A stretch of 64,000 nt of DNA from Candidatus Levyibacteriota bacterium (GCA_030651475.1 JAUSEW010000002.1:19927-83926); one strand, 5' to 3'; shown: positions 35,879-45,941, numbered from the stretch's first letter. Notes: generated from the sequence alone by a model not told the origin. Numbers and translations are program-made.

Positions 35879-38560
35879 ATGACAACTACAGAAATCAAAG
35901 GGTTTGAAATTGGTAACGCTAGGGAAGCTATAGGGCAACTTCCGTTAACAGTTTTCTTAGAAGATCCCCGGGCGAAGAGAATAGATCTTGTTGGAGGAAA
36001 AGGAGCAAGTCTTGCAGAGCTTAATACAATTCCCGGCGTAAAAGTTCCAGAAGCTTTTGTTATAACCACTTCTTTATGCAATCAACTTCTTGAGCAGAAC
36101 TCCGAAATCAGAGAAAAAGTCGATAAATTAGATAGTCTATCGGTTAGTTGGCTAAGAGCAAAGCTAGCCGGAGATAGTGGGGAAGCGGAACGATTAGAGA
36201 AACAAATGTCTATTGGCGGAAAATCTTTAAGAGAGCAATTGATTGGCATAGAGTTATCACCAGGCGTAAAAAACGAAATTATTGAAGCTTACGGTAAATT
36301 ATGTGAGACAACTGGAGTAGAAAATGTAGATGTTGCAGTGCGGAGTTCGGGTAAGAGTGAAGATGGAGGAAGCAACAGTTCTGCCGGACAATACGAAACC
36401 TTTCTTCATCAAGAAGGAGAAAAAGAAGTACTAAATTCCGTTAAGAAATGTTTAGCTTCTCAATTTACAGAAAGAGTAATTGTTTATAGGAATGAGGCAA
36501 GACTTGCAATTACAGATCAAGTATTAAAAGATTATCCAGAAGATATAGAAAAGGCATTGGCAGAAAGCAAAAAGTTTTCCCATAGAGAAGCAGGGCTGGC
36601 AGTTGTTGTACAGAGAATGGTAAATGCTCATTCTGCAGGAGTTGGTTTCTCAATAGATTCGATTAGCGGAGCAAAAGTTGCCCGCATAGACGTAAATTAT
36701 GGTTTAGGTGAATCAGTCGTTAGCGGTAGTGTTACCCCAGACGCTTATTTTGTTGATCCTATTACAGGGGAGATAGTCGGGCGAACTTTAGGAGCAAAAA
36801 CAGTTAGAACTGTTTACATTGAAGGAGGGACGGAAAACGTAGCGGTTCCAGAAGAAGAAAGAAAGAGATTTGTTCTTCCAGATGAGAAAATAAAACAGAT
36901 TGCACGTGCGATTACAGCCATAAGCGAACATTATGAAAAACCCATGGACACAGAATTTGCTTTAGGTGCGGATGGAGAAGTCTATTTTACTCAAGCAAGA
37001 CCCGAGACAGTTGCTTCAAATAAGGATCAGATGGTAGTACGAATGAAAGAATATGTTGTTTCTGAAGAGGCAGCTGGGGCAGCAGAGGAAATTTTTAAAG
37101 GTGGAGTATCCGGTTGTCCGGGAGCTGCTGCCGGAATAAAGCTAATTGCAGGGACGGTAGATGAAGCAAATATTCTTCTTAAGTCTGACAGATATAAAGG
37201 CAAAGAGGTAATTTTGGTGACTGATAGAACCGACCCTGATTGGGTTCTTATAATGAAAAAGGTTAAGGGTATTATTACTCGTGTAGGAGGACCGAATTGT
37301 CATGCTGCAATTGTTAGTCGTGAATTAGGTATTCCTTGTCTTGTAGGAGTAGGGGATAAAATAGAAGCCCTTAAGGATAGTGAGGTTCAAGAAATAACAT
37401 TAGATGTTAGAGGATTGAAAGTTTACAAAGGCAAATTGCCTTTGAAGGAGGTAGGAGTAGATATAGATGTCAGAGAAATACTGAATAATCCTACAGAAAC
37501 CATAGTGGGAGTAAATATGGCGATGCCTGAAGAAGCGAGGAAACTGCATGCCTTAGCGGAATTGGGAGAAAAGTTTAAGATTTCTCTTTTGCGTATTGAG
37601 TTCCTTCTACAGGATATTGGAGTACATGTAAATGCCTTAGTGGATTTCGATGAGAGAAAGATAGATCCCAACTCCGATTTATATAAAGGAATAGCAGATA
37701 AAATTGCAGGCTATGGAAGTGGAAGAGAGTACTATATAGGGAAACTTTCGGAAGGGATTGCCAGCATCGCTTCTACTTTCCCCAATAGCGATATAGTTCT
37801 AAGAACTACAGATTTTAAAACGAATGAATATCGAAGCTTAATTGGCGGTGAAAGATACGAGGTCATTGAAGCTAATCCCATGATGGGAGAAAGAGGGTTA
37901 GTCCGCTCGTTATTTCCAAAAAATAGAGCGGCATTTAAATGGGAGTTAGAGGCAATTAAAAAAGCTAGAGATATGGGATATAAAAGTGTCAAGATTATGT
38001 TTCCTGTCGTACGGGATCCTAAAGAATTAACAGGCGGTCCTGAATTAGTTGCAATCCGTTTTAAAGGTGCATATGAGATTATGGAAGAGGTTGGTATGAG
38101 AAGAGGCAAGGATGGGCTGAAGGTTGGAATAATGGTTGAGGATCCGGCAAATGTAGTAAGGATAAATGATTTCATTGATGCGGGTCTAGATTTTATTTCC
38201 TTTGGGACGAATGACCTTACCCAATTTACTTTGGCAGTTGATAGGGATAACGGCGTGTTAGCAAAGATACCATGGTATGGGGAAACAAATCCTGCGGTTG
38301 TCAGTCAAGTCAGGAGAGTGATTCAGATTTGTAAGAGCCGTGGTGTGGAAACTGGCATTTGCGGTAATGCCCCATCTAATAGTCCAGAATTTGTCCGAAT
38401 GTTAGTTGAAGAAGGAATAGATTCAATTGGAGTTACGCCGGATAGATTATTGCCGACTTATGAATTGGTGAGGCAGGAGGAGAGAAAAAGAAAGATAAAG
38501 GGGGGAACAATATTTATTAGTGCTTCTGGAAGCGTTGGCGGAAATGGTAGCCGTCCATAA
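35879..38560 (+). CDS. ppsA: phosphoenolpyruvate synthase / PEP-utilising enzyme
   Basis: VGGKGASLAEL ATP-grasp start, GPNCHAAIVSRELGIPCLVG phospho-His domain and SFGTNDLTQFTLAVDRDN PEP-binding domain. Confidence 0.8.
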   Translation: MTTTEIKGFEIGNAREAIGQLPLTVFLEDPRAKRIDLVGGKGASLAELNTIPGVKVPEAFVITTSLCNQLLEQNSEIREKVDKLDSLSVSWLRAKLAGDSGEAERLEKQMSIGGKSLREQLIGIELSPGVKNEIIEAYGKLCETTGVENVDVAVRSSGKSEDGGSNSSAGQYETFLHQEGEKEVLNSVKKCLASQFTERVIVYRNEARLAITDQVLKDYPEDIEKALAESKKFSHREAGLAVVVQRMVNAHSAGVGFSIDSISGAKVARIDVNYGLGESVVSGSVTPDAYFVDPITGEIVGRTLGAKTVRTVYIEGGTENVAVPEEERKRFVLPDEKIKQIARAITAISEHYEKPMDTEFALGADGEVYFTQARPETVASNKDQMVVRMKEYVVSEEAAGAAEEIFKGGVSGCPGAAAGIKLIAGTVDEANILLKSDRYKGKEVILVTDRTDPDWVLIMKKVKGIITRVGGPNCHAAIVSRELGIPCLVGVGDKIEALKDSEVQEITLDVRGLKVYKGKLPLKEVGVDIDVREILNNPTETIVGVNMAMPEEARKLHALAELGEKFKISLLRIEFLLQDIGVHVNALVDFDERKIDPNSDLYKGIADKIAGYGSGREYYIGKLSEGIASIASTFPNSDIVLRTTDFKTNEYRSLIGGERYEVIEANPMMGERGLVRSLFPKNRAAFKWELEAIKKARDMGYKSVKIMFPVVRDPKELTGGPELVAIRFKGAYEIMEEVGMRRGKDGLKVGIMVEDPANVVRINDFIDAGLDFISFGTNDLTQFTLAVDRDNGVLAKIPWYGETNPAVVSQVRRVIQICKSRGVETGICGNAPSNSPEFVRMLVEEGIDSIGVTPDRLLPTYELVRQEERKRKIKGGTIFISASGSVGGNGSRP

Positions 38561-38573
38561 GTAAAAGGTTTTC

Positions 38574-38912
38574 TTATTCAGAAAAAGACTTTTGTTTTTT
38601 GAGAGCAGCGATATAAACTCCATATAGTGCGAAATCAAATGCCGCGCTAGGGGTACGCTTGACGCAATTTATCCAAGGACCGAATTTCCAGAGAGCTTCT
38701 GCTACTTGGCTATGGGAATGTACTATACCATTTGTTATGTCCGACGCTAGTTGAAGGAGCTTTTTCTCTCCTCCCTGAAGAGTTAAAGAGCTATCCATGG
38801 GAACGTTATTGTTGGGATATCCGTAGAAGCTTGCTAAAGTTCTAACTGCAGTTTCAGCCTGTTCAATAGTGGGTCTAAGCAAATCTGAATGTCTTCCAAG
38901 ATCTTTTTCCAT
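38574..38912 (-). CDS. hypothetical protein
   Basis: 112-aa ORF. Confidence 0.35.
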   Translation of the reverse strand: MEKDLGRHSDLLRPTIEQAETAVRTLASFYGYPNNNVPMDSSLTLQGGEKKLLQLASDITNGIVHSHSQVAEALWKFGPWINCVKRTPSAAFDFALYGVYIAALKKQKSFSE

Positions 38913-38970
38913 GTGCCAAATTATAAGTCTGTATTAATAGATTGTCAATAATTTCTGTTATAATGTTTCT

Positions 38971-39591
38971 GTGAAACTTTTTTTGGCTTCGGAAGTAAAA
39001 AATCCTCAAACGACAAAGAAATTGGAGGAATATATGGGCGGATTTAAAAGAAAGAAAATTGCTTATATTCCAACCGCCGGAAATGGGGAAGGATGGGGAT
39101 CTTGGAAAAGCGGCGGATCTTGGAAGCTGGTTCAAAAACTTGACGCGGAAATTACTTTATTGCAATTAGAAAATTATTGGGATAAAGATGTAATAAATAA
39201 ATTAGAGGGAAAAGATGTTATTTGGTTTGCAGGAGGGCAAGCGGGATACCTTATGTATTGGATAAGAAGAACCCAAATTGATAAACACATAAAAAGAATA
39301 TTGAATAACGGTACTCTTTTTTTGGGTTCTAGCGCAGGAAGTATGATTACAGGAAAAACATTGGATGTTACAGGTTGGTACATTAAAGAGAATGAGTACG
39401 GGGCAAACGTTATTCCCGGTCTTGGTTTAGTTGATTTTGACATTTATCCTCATTACCAAGAAAGCTTCCTTAATGAAATAAAAAGTCATTATAAAGGCAA
39501 TAAGTTATATTTGCTAAAAAATGGGGAAGAGATTATTGTCGAAGATCAAAAGATCACTGTAATAGGAGAAGAAAGAATAGTTACCGGTTAA
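38971..39591 (+). CDS. peptidase S51 (dipeptidase E-like) family
   Basis: IAYIPTAG and LGSSAGSMI motifs. Confidence 0.6.
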   Translation: MKLFLASEVKNPQTTKKLEEYMGGFKRKKIAYIPTAGNGEGWGSWKSGGSWKLVQKLDAEITLLQLENYWDKDVINKLEGKDVIWFAGGQAGYLMYWIRRTQIDKHIKRILNNGTLFLGSSAGSMITGKTLDVTGWYIKENEYGANVIPGLGLVDFDIYPHYQESFLNEIKSHYKGNKLYLLKNGEEIIVEDQKITVIGEERIVTG

Positions 39592-39605
39592 AATAAATCC
39601 CGGTA

Positions 39606-39620
39606 AAATTCCCCAAACCC
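39606..39620 (+). repeat. 3' motif AAAATTCCCCAAACC (copy 3)
   Basis: Starts 14 nt after the stop of 38971..39591. Confidence 0.5.
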
Positions 39621-39703
39621 CAGAGCGCAATCTCCACGCATTATAACAGTCAGTGGTACGGCATTGACATGAAAAAGTAATTGTGATAGATTGTCGCTAA
39701 TAA

Positions 39704-40098
39704 TGAACGAAGCATTAAGGCCGGAAAATTCAGGAAAACCAAACATTATAAATACCACTATTTTGGTAAAAGAAAATGAGGTCGTAATTCCGACAGTCGA
39801 TGGTAAGCCATATAGAGAAAGAAAGCCCGCCCAATTGGGAAAAAGATTTGTTTGCGCACAGGAAATAGTGAGCGTATCGACTCGTGAAATTGTAGATCCT
39901 AAAACAAATGAATCCACTATGGTTACTACTCAAACATCCGAATTACAATCGGGCGAATTCAAAGATACAAATGGAAATTCTATTAATTTAGGTTGCGGAA
40001 CTCAAGTATTATGTACAAAAGCATCTGATGGTATACCATCTTGTTGTGATATTCCTATGACTTTAGTGCAGCCGAAGCCTCTTCCTTCCTCGGATTAA
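39704..40098 (+). CDS. hypothetical protein
   Basis: Preceded by TTGACA-17-TAGATT. Cys-rich C-terminus. Confidence 0.35.
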
Positions 40099-40137
40099 GA
40101 TAATAAAATTATACCAGGTAATATTTTGGGTTGAGAG

Positions 40138-40152
40138 AAAATTCCCCAAGCC
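40138..40152 (+). repeat. 3' motif AAAATTCCCCAAGCC (copy 4)
   Basis: Downstream of 39704..40098. Confidence 0.45.
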
Positions 40153-40652
40153 TACGCTGTAATTAATTTTAGGATTTCTTTTGGAGATAGTGTTCCATCA
40201 ATAAATCGGATACCGAGAGCTTTTGCTTCTTCCTCATTTTTGTCTGCCCATTCAAGAACTACCTGTTTTTGGAAATCTGTTTTTCCCATAGGATTTTTTC
40301 GGCTTTGATGATCGAGTCTTTGAATCAGTACATTCTTTGGGACTTTAAGAAAATATATTTTGTCAAACAAATCTATCATCTTTGACGCATTGCCTGAATT
40401 CCCAAATAAGTAAATATCAGGATTTTGTGCAAGAAAATTCTTCAAGAATTTTCTATCCCAAAGAAATTCGTGGTTGTCCATAAATTCTTTTCCTGCATCA
40501 CGAGGGAAGGGAACTTTTTTCTTTTGTGAATCATACCAACCATGTAATCCTTCCAACTCATCGGTATCAAAGACATTTAATCCCATTTTCTTAAACTCTT
40601 TTGAGAGATGGGTTTTTCCTGCTCCTGATGGTCCAATAATCAATATTTTCAT
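40152..40652 (-). CDS. P-loop NTPase / small-molecule kinase-like protein
   Basis: IIGPSGAGKTHLSK Walker A. Confidence 0.6.
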   Translation of the reverse strand: MKILIIGPSGAGKTHLSKEFKKMGLNVFDTDELEGLHGWYDSQKKKVPFPRDAGKEFMDNHEFLWDRKFLKNFLAQNPDIYLFGNSGNASKMIDLFDKIYFLKVPKNVLIQRLDHQSRKNPMGKTDFQKQVVLEWADKNEEEAKALGIRFIDGTLSPKEILKLITA

Positions 40653-40721
40653 AGATTAATTATACCTTAGTATTTCAAATTATGGTAATACTTTCAAACA
40701 CGGCATTTTATTTAAAAATTC

Positions 40722-40730
40722 TGCTATAAT
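40722..40730 (+). promoter_or_regulatory. extended -10 promoter TGCTATAAT (family AAAATTCTGCTATAAT)
   Basis: TTAAAAATTCTGCTATAATC lies 5-7 nt upstream of the TTG/GTG start of 40737. Confidence 0.5.
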
Positions 40731-40736
40731 CAGGTT

Positions 40737-41075
40737 GTGATAATTACGAAAACAACTCCTTTTACCAAAGAAGAAATTAGAAAGTTAAGAGAGCAATTTG
40801 GCGTTTATATAAAAACAGTTATTGATATCAAGAAAAAGATTTGTTCTGCTGGTTGTGATAGGCATTTTGAATCAGAAAAAATTCTTCTTGACGCTGGATC
40901 AAAACAAGAAGATATCTGGGGTGGAGGATTGGATATCGAAACAAAAATTATAGACTGTAACTCTTTTATCAATATCAGACCTGCTGATAAAAATACCAGT
41001 AATGAGATTCAAGACGCTAATAAAAGGAAGAAATTTGAAATTTTGACAAAGTATTTCTTTGGAGAAATCTTATGA
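40737..41075 (+). CDS. hypothetical protein
   Basis: 112-aa ORF with a non-ATG start. Confidence 0.35.
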   Translation: MIITKTTPFTKEEIRKLREQFGVYIKTVIDIKKKICSAGCDRHFESEKILLDAGSKQEDIWGGGLDIETKIIDCNSFINIRPADKNTSNEIQDANKRKKFEILTKYFFGEIL

Positions 41076-41338
41076 ATAATAAAGTGGCCTTATCTTCTTT
41101 GGCAATGGATTTGAAGAGGGTAGCATTGGGATACCATCGCGGATCTTGGGCTTTAGCGAATCGCTTTTTCGCTGAAGCATTAAAAAGAAGAGGAGAAATA
41201 AATAAAACCTCATTGAAGCCTTACCTAATAAGATTTTTAAAGGATATGGACAAACTTAAAGATGAACGAGATAACATGAAAAAAGCAGAAGATGCTTTGA
41301 TGTATAGCACGCTTTTCCAAAACGCCGCTCTTAAATAA
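41072..41338 (+). CDS. hypothetical protein
   Basis: 88-aa ORF overlapping the previous gene by 4 nt. Confidence 0.35.
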   Translation: MNNKVALSSLAMDLKRVALGYHRGSWALANRFFAEALKRRGEINKTSLKPYLIRFLKDMDKLKDERDNMKKAEDALMYSTLFQNAALK

Positions 41339-41346
41339 GATTCGGT

Positions 41347-41360
41347 AAAATTCCCCAACC
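41347..41360 (+). repeat. 3' motif AAAATTCCCCAACC (copy 5)
   Basis: Downstream of 41072..41338. Confidence 0.45.
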
Positions 41361-41372
41361 TGTTATAAAATC

Positions 41373-41381
41373 TGCTATACT
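41373..41381 (+). promoter_or_regulatory. extended -10 promoter TGCTATACT
   Basis: AAAATCTGCTATACT lies 14 nt upstream of ATG 41396. Confidence 0.45.
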
Positions 41382-41395
41382 TCTGGTGTTGGAAT

Positions 41396-42343
41396 ATGAA
41401 ATTCAAGAAGGCTCTGATAATAAATATCAGCGAAGATAAATTAGACCCGACCTATTGGGAAAAGTTAGATAAGTTAGTTGAGAATAGAGTAGGTCTTCCA
41501 AAAGACAGTCCTCAAATTCAAAAAGAATTATCTGATGCAGATTGTATATTAACAGGATTTCAAGTAAATATTGGTAAAAAGGAAATAGATTCTGCGCCAA
41601 ATTTAAAATATATCAGTGTTTTGGCTACGGCTTATGGAAAAATTGACGCAAATTATGCAAAGAAAAAAGGGATAGTTGTAACTAATGTTCCGGGTTATGC
41701 TACAGAATCAGTAGCGGAACTCGTTTTTGCAGTAATTTTAGACAAAATAAGGGAGATAGCTAAAGCAAAGAAGCGGGGAAGTAAGGGTGATTATTCAGAA
41801 GTAGGATTAAAAGCAACAGAGATAAAGGACAAAATATTTGGAGTAATTGGTTTGGGAAGAATTGGAAGAAGAGTAGCGGAAATTGCAAAAGGTTTTGGGA
41901 CAGATGTCAGATATTGGTCGAAAAATAGAAAAAAGGATTTAGAGAAAGCAAGCATTAAATATCAAGCTGCCGACAAATTAATTTCCCAAGCGAATATAAT
42001 TTCTCTCCATTTGGCAGAAACTCCTGAAACAAAACATTTTTTGAACAAAACAAGGATAAATAATGTTAAATCAGGCAGTTTGATTATAAGTACAGTTCCC
42101 AATGAAATTACAGACTTAATTGCATTGGAAGATAGACTTAAAAAAGGAGATATAACTTTTATTACTGATCATGCAGATGAATTAGATCCAAAAGACGCTA
42201 AACGATTATCTAAGTATGAAAATTGCATATTCTATCCACCTATTGGTTATATTTCGGATGAAGCAAGGATTGCCAAGCAAGAGATTTTTATTGGTAATAT
42301 GGAAAGTTTTTTAAATGGAGAACCCCAAAACGTAGTGAATTAA
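41396..42343 (+). CDS. D-isomer-specific 2-hydroxyacid dehydrogenase
   Basis: GVIGLGRIGRRVA NAD-binding motif. Confidence 0.8.
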   Translation: MKFKKALIINISEDKLDPTYWEKLDKLVENRVGLPKDSPQIQKELSDADCILTGFQVNIGKKEIDSAPNLKYISVLATAYGKIDANYAKKKGIVVTNVPGYATESVAELVFAVILDKIREIAKAKKRGSKGDYSEVGLKATEIKDKIFGVIGLGRIGRRVAEIAKGFGTDVRYWSKNRKKDLEKASIKYQAADKLISQANIISLHLAETPETKHFLNKTRINNVKSGSLIISTVPNEITDLIALEDRLKKGDITFITDHADELDPKDAKRLSKYENCIFYPPIGYISDEARIAKQEIFIGNMESFLNGEPQNVVN

Positions 42344-42381
42344 ATCTCGATAGCTTCCAAAAGATTTTAGAATTAAAATTC

Positions 42382-42390
42382 TGCTATAAT
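42382..42390 (+). promoter_or_regulatory. extended -10 promoter TGCTATAAT
   Basis: TTAAAATTCTGCTATAATC. ATG at 42399, about 8 nt after the -10, so the transcript is leaderless. Confidence 0.5.
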
Positions 42391-42398
42391 CTTCAAAG

Positions 42399-43148
42399 AT
42401 GAGCTTTACTTTAAAAGACTATAAAAAGATAAGAACGCCTTTTGCATTTTTTGATGAGACGGGAAGCATTAATGATAAAGCTAATAGATTTTTCTGCCTA
42501 GGAATGATTAAATGCATGCAGCCGTTTTTCCTTGATTCAAGAATTAGGGAAGTGCGAGAAAGGAATCATTTTTACGATGAAATTAAATGGAATACTTTAT
42601 CAAAGGCAAAGTCAGCAGTGATTTTGGATATAATAAAAGCCGTTTTCGATACGCCGGGCATATATTTCTCATGCATAGTTATTGATAAAAACAATGTAAA
42701 TTTTGAAAAAGAATTTGATAATAATCCATATAAAGCTTACCAAGAATTTACCGAAATTCTTTTAAAGCAAGGCATAGAGGAGGACGAGATATTAACGATT
42801 TTAGCGGACTTCGTTACCACTCCTAAAAATATTAAATTTGAAGTTGATGTTAAACATAACATCAATAAAAATCTAGATAGATTAGCAATTGGAGGAATAC
42901 ATAGGGTGGATTCAAAAGGAGTAAATATAATACAAATTGTAGATTTGTTTATAGGGGCGGTTTCTTATTCTTACAAAATAAATTTGAAATTGGTATCAGG
43001 GGACAAAAATAAAATTAAGGTTTTAAATGCTATTTTACGTAAGCTTAATATGAAAAGTTTTGCAGGAGGATTAAACTTAAAATACTTCAAAGTGTTTGAG
43101 CATAATAATGGACTAGGAACAGGAAACAAAAAAGGGCCATCATCCTAA
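42399..43148 (+). CDS. DUF3800 family protein
   Basis: N-terminal FFDETGS, 249 aa. Confidence 0.5.
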   Translation: MSFTLKDYKKIRTPFAFFDETGSINDKANRFFCLGMIKCMQPFFLDSRIREVRERNHFYDEIKWNTLSKAKSAVILDIIKAVFDTPGIYFSCIVIDKNNVNFEKEFDNNPYKAYQEFTEILLKQGIEEDEILTILADFVTTPKNIKFEVDVKHNINKNLDRLAIGGIHRVDSKGVNIIQIVDLFIGAVSYSYKINLKLVSGDKNKIKVLNAILRKLNMKSFAGGLNLKYFKVFEHNNGLGTGNKKGPSS

Positions 43149-43220
43149 CGGTTGACGCCCTATTTATAAATATATGTTATCAGATGTTAGTATGAGTGTC
43201 AATAGTCTATTTTATAATTT

Positions 43221-44318
43221 ATGAATTTGTCGGTTGGGATAGTTGGGCTGCCGAATGTGGGGAAGAGTACGCTGTTTAATGCGCTTCTAAAAAAGCAGGC
43301 GGCATTTGTGGCAAATTATCCTTTCGCCACAATTGAGCCAAATGTCGGAGTTGTTCCTGTGCCGGATTCAAGACTTCAAAAGTTAGCAGAAATTACCAAG
43401 GAAGAAGAAAAAATGTCCGCGTTTCCTCCGATAAAACCAGCTATTGTAAATTTTGTGGACATTGCCGGACTTGTTAAGGGTGCCAGTGAGGGAGCGGGTT
43501 TGGGAAATAAATTTTTGTCTCACATCAGAGAGGTTTCGATAATTGCTCATGTTGTCCGCGCGTTTGAGGATTCAGATATTATTCGTGAAGGTTCTATGGA
43601 CCCCAAAAGCGATTACGAAACTATAAATACAGAGCTGATGCTGGCTGATTTGCAAACAGTTAAGCAGGCCCAAGGCAGGGCTAGGAAGTTTCAGAAGCAG
43701 TCGGAAAAAGACGCAATTGATAAATTGTATAAAGGTTTGGATAGCGGAAAACCCGCAAGGGAAATAGAGCTGACGGATGAAGAGCGGGAATTCGCAAATA
43801 CCTTTTTTCTGCTTTCTGCAAAACCGGAACTTATTGTCTTGAATGTTTCGGAACAAACGCTGAAAGACGCGGACAAGATAATTCAGAACTACGCGGAATT
43901 GTTGGGAATTAGTAAGGAAAAGTTTGTTGTCATATCTGCCAAAATCGAAGCGGAGCTGGCAGAACTTTCCGAGGAAGAACAGAAAATATATCTTGCGGAT
44001 TTGGGCTTACAAACTTCAGGTTTGGAACGACTTATCAAAAAAGCCTACGAAACTCTTGGTTTAATCTCGTTTTTAACTTGCGGGGAAAAAGAGGTAAGGG
44101 CATGGACCATTCGGCTCGGTTCAACCTCGCTCATGGCCTCCGGCACTATACACACTGATTTCATGAAAAACTTTATCAAGGCAGAGATTGTTTCATTTAA
44201 AGATTTTGTAAGTTTGAATGGTTGGAAAAAAGCCAGAGAACAAGGGCGCGCAAGATCCGAAGGCCGGGATTATATAATGCAGGATGGGGAAGTGGTGGAA
44301 TTTAAGATTGGACAATAG
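43221..44318 (+). CDS. ychF: ribosome-binding ATPase YchF
   Basis: GIVGLPNVGKSTLFNAL G1 motif and C-terminal TGS domain. Confidence 0.9.
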   Translation: MNLSVGIVGLPNVGKSTLFNALLKKQAAFVANYPFATIEPNVGVVPVPDSRLQKLAEITKEEEKMSAFPPIKPAIVNFVDIAGLVKGASEGAGLGNKFLSHIREVSIIAHVVRAFEDSDIIREGSMDPKSDYETINTELMLADLQTVKQAQGRARKFQKQSEKDAIDKLYKGLDSGKPAREIELTDEEREFANTFFLLSAKPELIVLNVSEQTLKDADKIIQNYAELLGISKEKFVVISAKIEAELAELSEEEQKIYLADLGLQTSGLERLIKKAYETLGLISFLTCGEKEVRAWTIRLGSTSLMASGTIHTDFMKNFIKAEIVSFKDFVSLNGWKKAREQGRARSEGRDYIMQDGEVVEFKIGQ

Positions 44319-44462
44319 GGATGGGTCTTATACGCTCTCGTGATTTTATCTTTTTATCCGCAATAAGTTTTTTAATAAGATTATCGTATGCTTTTCTTTG
44401 TGTTTGTAATTTTAGCATTTTGATTATTGTTTCATTCGTAAGACCTTTTCCCCTTAGATTTA

Positions 44463-44875
44463 TTATTTCGCTGATTGCTTTTGGGAGATAAGGTTTGGTT
44501 TAATACGCGGACTTTTAAGTAGCTCGAGATTTTTTTTCGCTTCTAGGTCTATTTCAACTTCCAACTTTGTCCAGATATCTCCTGAGTTGGGATCGTAAAT
44601 AACCGCATTTATATGCCGTGTTACTCGTTCTAATGGGATTTTCAGAATAGTAGCAACAGCATTAGGGCTTTTTAGCTTTTTGGCTGACACTCCTCTTTTT
44701 TCTCCAAAGAGAGACCGTTTAGTCTGTCTATGCAACCGGCTATTATTTTCCCAATAGGATAGCTCTCGAAAAGAGCAATATTTAGATTTGCCAGTAAGCT
44801 ACTATTATCTGGCTTAGTAGGTTCGGTAACTTGTTTTCCTAAAGAATTGATCGTTTCAGGTGCCATAATAAACAA
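44463..44875 (-). pseudogene. possible frameshifted HTH-protein gene remnant
   Basis: Two overlapping minus-strand ORFs in different frames (44672..44875 and 44463..44735). Confidence 0.3.
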
Positions 44876-44943
44876 CCCATAGTTTACAAGATTAAGCGGA
44901 ATATGTCAACCCGCATATCAGCTCCAATAATTTTTTTGACTTT

Positions 44944-45525
44944 TTGAATTCACTTCTGTATACTCTCTGCCATATGTCAATTGAGACAGGAGAGCGAGCA
45001 GGAATTGGTGATGGTTTTAGGCCAATGGAAGGATTTAATTATAATGGTAGCTTTTCTACCGTAATGCAGGTGAATGAGGAAGCTATTAATAAGGCTTTTG
45101 GGATTGCCGGTCTAGCTTACGGTGGGATAGATATTAAATCTATGCCTCAATCAGGCAAAGATATAGACAAAGGCCTGCGTAAAAATCCCTTACTTACAAC
45201 TGCTAAGGTAAATAACCGATGGAGAATTGAAATCGATGATGTGGCAATGGTTACAAAATTAGTAAAAGAAGGATCAGGAGGAGGTAATCAGAAAAGATTT
45301 ATCCAACAATTCGACAGTCTTATGAAAGCTGCAGTTTTAGAATGTGTAATAAAAGAGAAGCATTTAGAGACGCAATCAGAAGACTTTTCAGCCTTAGTTT
45401 TAAAGACAATTACATTAGACTTTTCAGCTCTAGCTTTGAAGACATTTCCTTGGTACGACATCGCAAGGTGCTGGCTTTTCCTTTATCCAAAAAATGGAAT
45501 AACGCTGGTTAGAGAGAGTAAGTAA
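44944..45525 (+). CDS. hypothetical protein with internal 30-bp tandem repeat
   Basis: Protein repeat DFSALVLKTITL / DFSALALKTF. Confidence 0.35.
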   Translation: MNSLLYTLCHMSIETGERAGIGDGFRPMEGFNYNGSFSTVMQVNEEAINKAFGIAGLAYGGIDIKSMPQSGKDIDKGLRKNPLLTTAKVNNRWRIEIDDVAMVTKLVKEGSGGGNQKRFIQQFDSLMKAAVLECVIKEKHLETQSEDFSALVLKTITLDFSALALKTFPWYDIARCWLFLYPKNGITLVRESK

Positions 45526-45662
45526 AATCCGCATTTTTCTGGCTTGGATTTTGACAATTCCTGCAACCATGATCTTCGGAGGCCTCCTTAGCCTGGTATT
45601 TAAATTCTAAAACCACAAAGGGGCTTGTTTTGTATTTTTTTATATGATAGGATAATTGCATT

Positions 45663-45941
45663 ATGCGTACATACGAGTTGGTTTTGGTTCTGAAAACCTC
45701 CCTTACCAAAGACAAAGTAAAAAAGCTTATCGGAGAAATTGGTAAATGGTTAAAAGACATAAAAATTGTTAAACAGGATGAATTAGGAGAAAAAGAATTG
45801 GCTTTTAAAATAAAAAAAGAAACAAGAGGAATTTTTTTGGATTTAAAGCTGGAAGGAAAAGACGTGGTTTCTTCGGATTTTGAAAAAAGAATTCGGGAAG
45901 AAGCAGATATTTTAAGACACTTACTGTTAAGGGAACAATAA
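45663..45941 (+). CDS. rpsF: 30S ribosomal protein S6
   Basis: MRTYELVLVL start and rpsF-ssb-rpsR synteny. Confidence 0.8.
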   Translation: MRTYELVLVLKTSLTKDKVKKLIGEIGKWLKDIKIVKQDELGEKELAFKIKKETRGIFLDLKLEGKDVVSSDFEKRIREEADILRHLLLREQ

